From Eledone cirrhosa (lineage: Eukaryota), in the NCBI GenBank assembly GCA_964016885.1, contig OZ024743.1, positions 24,552,001 through 24,616,000 on the forward strand: 64,000 nt of DNA. Reading direction: 5' to 3'. The notes beneath the pieces are model-generated. The model saw only the letters and a list, made by a program, of their open reading frames with translations, searched no databases and was not told where the DNA came from. Shown here piece after piece: positions 57,043 to 64,000 of the stretch (position 1 is its first letter; every line of letters begins with the position of its first letter). Position numbers and translations under genes: made by a program.

Positions 57043-57908
57043 TATATAAGTATGTATACGTACATACATATATGTATACAGACGTATAGTAGTATGTATA
57101 TATATACACATACATATATATATGTACGTATGGATTTACCGAGCATTTATTATAATGCTCGGTTTGTTTGTAAACAAACATCCCGAATTAAGCCGTACAG
57201 TGTTTAGCAACCATCGTTGCCCTTTTGTTCAACACTGACAAAGGAACGATGTACTAGTTTCAAGCTTATTAGTTATCGTCAGCACCGCATACCTTCCTAC
57301 CAGATGATTGAACGTCTGAAAGTATATACTTTCCTTATGCATATTAACGGCTGAGCAGCCTAATTTGCATATCGAGTGAGTTAATCGGCCGGGCGCACCG
57401 AAAACGATAAATGGAAAAAATGAAACGAAATTTCTTTTCTCACCCTTAGTACGGCTGTTACTTAAATATAAATATGTACACGTACATACATATATGTATA
57501 CAGACGTACAGTAGTATGTATATATATACATACATGAACACATATATATATATATGTACGTATGGATTTACCGACGTTCAATCATCTGGCAGGAAGGTAT
57601 ACGTTGCTGACGATAGCTAATAAGCTTGAAACTAGTACATCGTTCCTTTTTCAGTGTTGAGCAAACGAGCAACGATGGTTGCTAAACACTGTACGGCTTA
57701 ATTCGGGATGTTTGTTTACAAACACACCGAGCATTATAATAAATGTTCGGTAAATCCATACGTACATATATATATGTGTGCATGTATGTATATATATATA
57801 TACATACTACCGTACGTCTGTATACATATATGTATGTACGTATACATACTTATATTTAAGTAACAGCCGTACTAAGAGTGAGAAATGAAATTTCGTTTCA
57901 TTTTTCCA
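57043..57908. mobile_element. ORF-less HHR repeat, ~420-430-nt monomer, partial tandem plus inverted copy (retrozyme-like)
   Basis: Direct repeat 57043-57142 vs ~57465-57574; 57572-57908 is the inverted copy; HHRs at 57246-57288 (-) and 57601-57643 (+). Confidence 0.8.
57601..57643 (+). ncRNA. Type-I hammerhead ribozyme
   Basis: ACGTTG-CTGACGA-T-AGCT-AATA-AGCT-T-GAA-ACTAGT-A-CATCGT; palindromic stem III, GUA site. Confidence 0.85.
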
Positions 57909-57931
57909 TATATATATATATATATATATAA

Positions 57932-58169
57932 TTTTAATATAGATGAGATTCTACAGGACTAGAACTGTTTCATTCTTTAGAAATCATCAGGAATCTAAAC
58001 GCAACTGTTTCATTCTTTAGAAATCATCAGAATTCTGATTCCTGATGATTTCTAAAGAATGAAACAGTTCTAGTCCTGTAGAATCTCATCTATATTAAAA
58101 CTTTTATACTCTGCAATGTATTGAGTAGCTTACTTACTGTGGTTACCTCCGATTCAACCCGGAATAACG
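57932..58169 (+). mobile_element. Fold-back element with two complete HHRs, a third partial core and a tail
   Basis: HHR + 58037-58085 GATTC-CTGATGA-T-TTC-TAAA-GAA-T-GAA-ACAG-TTCTAGTC-CTGT-A-GAATC; HHR - 57946-57996; duplicated core at 58003-58030. Confidence 0.85.
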
Positions 58170-58256
58170 TATATATATATATATATATATATATATCTGG
58201 ATGAGTTCAATATCCTCCTGAATAACCTACACCCATCTCTCCAATTCACAAAAGAG

Positions 58257-59198
58257 ATGAGTAGGACCAAATTACCATTCCTAGATATAATGATAATCAA
58301 AAACGACACCACCATTACCACGGATATATATTATAAACACACAGACACCCATCAATATCTGAATTTTAAGTCGTGCCATCCACCTCATACAAAACGCAAC
58401 ATCCCATACTGCCTAGCCAGAAGAATTTGTACCATTGTAGAAGATACGAATACCAGGTACAAACGCCTAACAGAACTAAGAGAATTTTTGCTCAAACAAA
58501 AATACCCATCTCTACTTATAGAAAATGGCATACAGCGGGCTATAAAAATACCTATACAACAACTTAGAACAACCCAAAGAAGAAGAAACCAAGAACTGGT
58601 CATACCATTTATAATGACACACAACCCATGTCACCAGAATATCTTCAACACTGCCAAAGCAAACCTACCGATCATTGCTCAAAGTAATGAATTAAAAGGC
58701 TTAATCACAGATCGATCTTTGACTCTTAGTAAAAGACAGCCAAAAAATTTGAAGCAATTGCTAACAAAAGCAAAGTTTGACCTTAACAACAAAGACCAAT
58801 CATTCACTGTATCTAAATGCAATGATAATCGATGCGGCACATGTCAATCCATACACGCCGGTCAATATATGAAAACAAAAACTGGAAAAATATTCACAAA
58901 TGCAAATATGAACTGCAAAAGCAGAAATCTAATTTACTGCATTAAATGCCCGAATTGTGAAGAACTATATGTCGGTCAAACTGGAAATGCACTATCGGAA
59001 CGTGCACGGGTACACCGTCAACAAATCAGAGACCCAAATGTCCGTCAGATACCCCTAAGCGGCCACCTGGCAACATGTGGTCAGGGAATATTTATAATAT
59101 TCCCATTCTACAAATTACACAGCCCAAATGAAATCAAGAGAAAAATCAAAGAAAAGAATTTTATTGATAAATTCAAACCCAAGCTAAATGAACAATAA
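58257..59198 (+). CDS. Truncated duplicate of the PLE RT thumb + GIY-YIG
   Basis: Identical to the C-terminal 313 aa of 61214-63400. Confidence 0.8.
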   Translation: MSRTKLPFLDIMIIKNDTTITTDIYYKHTDTHQYLNFKSCHPPHTKRNIPYCLARRICTIVEDTNTRYKRLTELREFLLKQKYPSLLIENGIQRAIKIPIQQLRTTQRRRNQELVIPFIMTHNPCHQNIFNTAKANLPIIAQSNELKGLITDRSLTLSKRQPKNLKQLLTKAKFDLNNKDQSFTVSKCNDNRCGTCQSIHAGQYMKTKTGKIFTNANMNCKSRNLIYCIKCPNCEELYVGQTGNALSERARVHRQQIRDPNVRQIPLSGHLATCGQGIFIIFPFYKLHSPNEIKRKIKEKNFIDKFKPKLNEQ

Positions 59199-59399
59199 TA
59201 ACGCCTAGGGGTATTACTTCTACTACCACTATGACCACGACCACTAACAACAACAACAACAACAATAATAATAATAATAAAAGTGATGTTGATGGTGATG
59301 ATTAATAGAAAATGCTATTTTCATCATTTCAAAAAAGCAAAACAATTGATACGTTGGATATGACTATTGGTCGTTAGCATGTTCAACCAGCCGTGACGC

Positions 59400-59510
59400 T
59401 TAAACCAATCAGCTGTAGTAATTCAGTGAAACTACACACTGATTGGTCGAAATACAGTTTACAGGGCTTTGCATTCTGGAGCCACTTTTCTCTGTATAAA
59501 ATGTATAAAA
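59400..59510 (+). promoter_or_regulatory. Putative pLTR Pol II promoter (repeated at +4202)
   Basis: CCAAT boxes in both orientations (AACCAATCAG ~59403, CTGATTGG ~59439) and TATAAAA twice (~59496, ~59505), upstream of the HHR and ORF1. Confidence 0.5.
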
Positions 59511-59573
59511 GGTAGGAAATTTACCCATCTCATTACAGTTGAAAATTGCAAACTCGACTGTCACCACATATCA

Positions 59574-59612
59574 TGAACCTGAAGATTGCGAAAGCATGAA
59601 AGTACTTGTTCA
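59574..59612 (+). ncRNA. Minimal type-I hammerhead in the pLTR
   Basis: TGAAC-CTGAAGA-T-TGC-GAAA-GCA-T-GAA-AGTACT-T-GTTCA; palindromic stem III. Confidence 0.85.
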
Positions 59613-59816
59613 ATTAACACTTAGAATTTAATATTCTATCATACTATTTCATTATAATACCATTATATATATTTTAAAGGATTGTAAATAAAACGAGTAA
59701 ATCAGACAAAGTTGGAATTCCTCTTATTAATATAATCTTCTATACACAATCATACACACCCGTGTATATTTACCTATCTATATCTATATATATATTCCTA
59801 TTGTGTATATGCCAAC

Positions 59817-61166
59817 ATGTCTGGAAAGCAACAAATGAAACCAACAGAATCAGAAAGAATTCTAAAGGAGATATCATCGAAATTATCAACACTTATCACG
59901 ATGATGGACACACAATCCTCTATTTTAAAGGAAATAGAAAAACAATCTACAGACGGAAAACTTATAACTGAACATATAAACTCTGAAATTAAGAATTTAG
60001 CTGAAATTATACCAACAGTTATCAAAGATACAAGAGAAAGCCTACCACAACCCCCTTGGATGTCAGAAATAAACGAAAGAAATTTGGAAAACAAAACACA
60101 TCGAATAAGAAAAGAAATGTGGAAGACATGGAAAAAATTCCTTAACATAAGAAAACAAAATTTCTGGAAAGCATACAGATGCGAAAAATATGTCGAAACA
60201 CATTCGAAATGGCTCTCTCTAACGGCACCCATACTCCCTCGTAAATACCTAATTACAGAAATTGCAGGAGAACCAGAAGAAGAAACAAAACTCCGATGGG
60301 AACTTACATTGACAAAATTCAGGACCGACATCTCCATTTCTGAATGTAAACAATCCCGCTACAAAGCCAAATATGAAGCTATTGATGACCAAATTGAAGT
60401 TGAAATTTCAAAGCTAACGACTGGTATTATAGCTGAAAAACTACGAGAACTATGGATCGGAGATATCTCAAAAGAAGAAAACAAATCAAGAAAGGTATGG
60501 CAGCAGAAACAATTATTTCTCGATGAATATGCTGCAAATTACGGTAAAGACTCTGGAACCCTGAGAAAAAGCATTAAAAGTGGACAATCTCATCAACACA
60601 ACATACGCCAGAACACGTGCCAACACAAACACTCACCTTACCTTGAATCAAAGAAGAACTACGGTAATAACTCTTCGCTTTTTCTACAAAAACACCCTAT
60701 CGCACACAACATGAACAAAAAGCACAAACACGATAGGTATTCCTTTGACCAGACCATGAGAAGTAGTAAAACCAGGAGATCATTCTCAAGATCTCAACAG
60801 AGACTACCAACAAGGAATGTGGAAACAAAACGTAGAATAACCAGATCACTCTCAAGATCTCAACAGAGATTGCCCACAAGAAACTGGACGAAAAAACGAT
60901 CTAAACCTGAAAGCAAACCTAGGTCATTTTCCCAGATTGTTAAAAATAATGCTAACAGGAAGAAAAATAATATACAGAATACCAAAAATAGGACAAAATA
61001 CATAACGAAACCAAATATAATATCACGACCAAAAGTTCATCAAGCGAACACCAACAGGAATATAAATCCTGAACAGAGAAAAATTCATTTTTTAACGTCA
61101 GGACAACAAAAACCGGAAAAAGAAAAACTCCAGGAGGAAACATACCCAAAACAGCTGTACACGTAG
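59817..61166 (+). CDS. PLE upstream ORF (449 aa; helical/coiled-coil-like N-half, basic disordered C-half)
   Basis: Uninterrupted ORF inside the element between the pLTR and RT; internal repeat RS(F/L)SRSQQRLPTRN x2. Confidence 0.8.
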   Translation: MSGKQQMKPTESERILKEISSKLSTLITMMDTQSSILKEIEKQSTDGKLITEHINSEIKNLAEIIPTVIKDTRESLPQPPWMSEINERNLENKTHRIRKEMWKTWKKFLNIRKQNFWKAYRCEKYVETHSKWLSLTAPILPRKYLITEIAGEPEEETKLRWELTLTKFRTDISISECKQSRYKAKYEAIDDQIEVEISKLTTGIIAEKLRELWIGDISKEENKSRKVWQQKQLFLDEYAANYGKDSGTLRKSIKSGQSHQHNIRQNTCQHKHSPYLESKKNYGNNSSLFLQKHPIAHNMNKKHKHDRYSFDQTMRSSKTRRSFSRSQQRLPTRNVETKRRITRSLSRSQQRLPTRNWTKKRSKPESKPRSFSQIVKNNANRKKNNIQNTKNRTKYITKPNIISRPKVHQANTNRNINPEQRKIHFLTSGQQKPEKEKLQEETYPKQLYT

Positions 61167-63400
61167 ATCCTAAAATAATTAATTTATCTAAAAGAGATCT
61201 TGACAATGATGAAATGCAAATTCTGTCAAAAGGACTGAAATTCACACCGACTCCAACAGTCAACCACCAAGAACTGAAGGAGGATACCCAAGAATTCTGT
61301 CGAAAATTACGTCTTGTAGAATTCTTCGCTGATAAAAATAATGAGAGTGATGAATCACTAGTAAAGAATAAATCAAATTTCACTCCGCCAAAAGGAAGAA
61401 ATATCTATCTCGACCAATACATTGACATCCTGTCTAAATTTCCTCTTAGACATAATACTAATGTTAGGCCAAACATTAACAAATCAGAAATGTCTGCACT
61501 TAAACGTATACAAAATGATAAAACAATAATAATTAAACAAGCAGATAAAGGGGGTGCAGTTGCTATAATGGATACTGAATACTACAAGGATTTGGTTGAG
61601 GAACAACTGAAAGACACAACATTCTATCATGAAATACCGTCAAATATAGACCACAACATCATGAAGAAGATCAACAACCTGGCTTCAAAATACCACAACT
61701 CATTTACTGATAAGGAAAGAGACTACATCACCAATTTTGAGCCGAAACCCAGCAACCTGTATGGCCTACCGAAAGTTCACAAGTCAAAAGAAATACAACT
61801 GGCAGTAAGAGAACAAAACAGTGAGTACATTAAATTATTACACCCAAAAGACTTAAAACTTAGACCTATTATAGCTGGTCCAACATGCCCCACTCACCGT
61901 CTAAGCAATTTTGTTGACATTATTTTGAAACCACTATGTATTCACATACCCAGTTTCATCCGGGATGATATCGACTTCCTGTCCCATCTTCCCAAAACCA
62001 CGGAAACGAATTCACTTCTACTCAGTTTTGATGTGGTAAGCCTTTACACCAACATTACACATGATTTAGGAATAAAGGCGGTTAAATACTGGGTGGAAAA
62101 ACATAGAGAAGTGATTCCCATTAGATTCACAGCGCCATTTATATTAGACGCAGTTAAACTTATTCTGGAAAATAACACTTTCTTCTTCAATGGAAAGAAT
62201 TACATCCAAATTAGAGGCACAGCGATGGGAACGAAGTTTGCTCCCGTTTACGCGAACTCTGTAATGGGATACTTAGAACAACAACTCTACCAAGAAATAG
62301 AGGAAAAATATAGTACTGACTTTAGAAAGTACATTGAAAAATCTTGGAAGAGATACCTTGACGACTGTTTCATCATCTGGACAGAATCTCTAGATACTCT
62401 GGATGAGTTCAATATCCTCCTGAATAACCTACACCCATCTCTCCAATTCACAAAAGAGATGAGTAGGACCAAATTACCATTCCTAGATATAATGATAATC
62501 AAAAACGACACCACCATTACCACGGATATATATTATAAACACACAGACACCCATCAATATCTGAATTTTAAGTCGTGCCATCCACCTCATACAAAACGCA
62601 ACATCCCATACTGCCTAGCCAGAAGAATTTGTACCATTGTAGAAGATACGAATACCAGGTACAAACGCCTAACAGAACTAAGAGAATTTTTGCTCAAACA
62701 AAAATACCCATCTCTACTTATAGAAAATGGCATACAGCGGGCTATAAAAATACCTATACAACAACTTAGAACAACCCAAAGAAGAAGAAACCAAGAACTG
62801 GTCATACCATTTATAATGACACACAACCCATGTCACCAGAATATCTTCAACACTGCCAAAGCAAACCTACCGATCATTGCTCAAAGTAATGAATTAAAAG
62901 GCTTAATCACAGATCGATCTTTGACTCTTAGTAAAAGACAGCCAAAAAATTTGAAGCAATTGCTAACAAAAGCAAAGTTTGACCTTAACAACAAAGACCA
63001 ATCATTCACTGTATCTAAATGCAATGATAATCGATGCGGCACATGTCAATCCATACACGCCGGTCAATATATGAAAACAAAAACTGGAAAAATATTCACA
63101 AATGCAAATATGAACTGCAAAAGCAGAAATCTAATTTACTGCATTAAATGCCCGAATTGTGAAGAACTATATGTCGGTCAAACTGGAAATGCACTATCGG
63201 AACGTGCACGGGTACACCGTCAACAAATCAGAGACCCAAATGTCCGTCAGATACCCCTAAGCGGCCACCTGGCAACATGTGGTCAGGGAATATTTATAAT
63301 ATTCCCATTCTACAAATTACACAGCCCAAATGAAATCAAGAGAAAAATCAAAGAAAAGAATTTTATTGATAAATTCAAACCCAAGCTAAATGAACAATAA
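61073..63400 (+). CDS. PLE RT-GIY-YIG (frame open from 61073; first Met at 61214)
   Basis: IINLS..KGLKFTP, KQADKGGAV, YGLPKVHK, RPII, FDVVSLYTNI, GTAMG, RYLDD, FLDI, C..C.C linker, LIY..YVGQT..R. Confidence 0.92.
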   Translation, partial: TEKNSFFNVRTTKTGKRKTPGGNIPKTAVHVDPKIINLSKRDLDNDEMQILSKGLKFTPTPTVNHQELKEDTQEFCRKLRLVEFFADKNNESDESLVKNKSNFTPPKGRNIYLDQYIDILSKFPLRHNTNVRPNINKSEMSALKRIQNDKTIIIKQADKGGAVAIMDTEYYKDLVEEQLKDTTFYHEIPSNIDHNIMKKINNLASKYHNSFTDKERDYITNFEPKPSNLYGLPKVHKSKEIQLAVREQNSEYIKLLHPKDLKLRPIIAGPTCPTHRLSNFVDIILKPLCIHIPSFIRDDIDFLSHLPKTTETNSLLLSFDVVSLYTNITHDLGIKAVKYWVEKHREVIPIRFTAPFILDAVKLILENNTFFFNGKNYIQIRGTAMGTKFAPVYANSVMGYLEQQLYQEIEEKYSTDFRKYIEKSWKRYLDDCFIIWTESLDTLDEFNILLNNLHPSLQFTKEMSRTKLPFLDIMIIKNDTTITTDIYYKHTDTHQYLNFKSCHPPHTKRNIPYCLARRICTIVEDTNTRYKRLTELREFLLKQKYPSLLIENGIQRAIKIPIQQLRTTQRRRNQELVIPFIMTHNPCHQNIFNTAKANLPIIAQSNELKGLITDRSLTLSKRQPKNLKQLLTKAKFDLNNKDQSFTVSKCNDNRCGTCQSIHAGQYMKTKTGKIFTNANMNCKSRNLIYCIKCPNCEELYVGQTGNALSERARVHRQQIRDPNVRQIPLSGHLATCGQGIFIIFPFYKLHSPNEIKRKIKEKNFIDKFKPKLNEQ

Positions 63401-63775
63401 TAACGCCTAGGGGTATTACTTCTACTACCACTATGACCACGACCACTAACAACAACAACAACAACAATAATAATAATAATAAAAGTGATGTTGATGGTGA
63501 TGATTAATAGAAAATGCTATTTTCATCATTTCAAAAAAGCAAAACAATTGATACGTTGGATATGACTATTGGTCGTTAGCATGTTCAACCAGCCGTGACG
63601 CTTAAACCAATCAGCTGTAGTAATTCAGTGAAACTACACACTGATTGGTCGAAATACAGTTTACAGGGCTTTGCATTCTGGAGCCACTTTTCTCTGTATA
63701 AAATGTATAAAAGGTAGGAAATTTACCCATCTCATTACAGTTGAAAATTGCAAACTCGACTGTCACCACATATCA

Positions 63776-63814
63776 TGAACCTGAAGATTGCGAAAGCATG
63801 AAAGTACTTGTTCA
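63776..63814 (+). ncRNA. Hammerhead in the 3' pLTR
   Basis: Identical to 59574-59612. Confidence 0.85.
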
Positions 63815-64000
63815 ATTAACACTTAGAATTTAATATTCTATCATACTATTTCATTATAATACCATTATATATATTTTAAAGGATTGTAAATAAAACGAGT
63901 AAATCAGACAAAGTTGGAATTCCTCTTATTAATATATATATATATATATGTGTGTATATACATATATTATATTGAAAACATGAGTGTGGATGGTGCTCTG

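Larger units (their letters stand above)
58196..63936 (+). mobile_element. Young Neptune-like Penelope element in partial tandem, inserted in (TA)n
   Basis: 58196-59734 repeats at 62398-63936 (offset 4202, no difference seen by eye); RT, Cys-rich linker, GIY-YIG; (TA)n at both ends. Confidence 0.93.

Overview
Eukaryotic, AT-rich, microsatellite-saturated DNA. The SINE and repeat content resembles an octopus/coleoid cephalopod genome (inference). No host protein-coding gene can be called with confidence. The window is an archive of retroelements nested in simple repeats: two Tx1/L1-clade LINEs plus 3' fragments, an R4/Dong-clade RLE element with two truncated copies, six copies of a ~610-bp non-autonomous RTE derivative, tRNA-type SINEs, two Tc1/mariner-pogo MITEs and several Penelope-like elements (PLEs). 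The most striking features are: (1) more than 20 type-I hammerhead ribozyme (HHR) motifs of about 10 sequence families, mostly in short non-coding fold-back elements inserted in (TA)n, several sharing an ACTC-loop-TTGAGT tail hairpin and fixed inversion points; (2) a ~430-nt ORF-less, circularly permuted HHR monomer (retrozyme-like); (3) a very young Neptune-like PLE with two ORFs overlapping at an in-phase U-UUU-UUA -1 slippery site. All structures and alignments were read by eye; no searches or folding programs were run.
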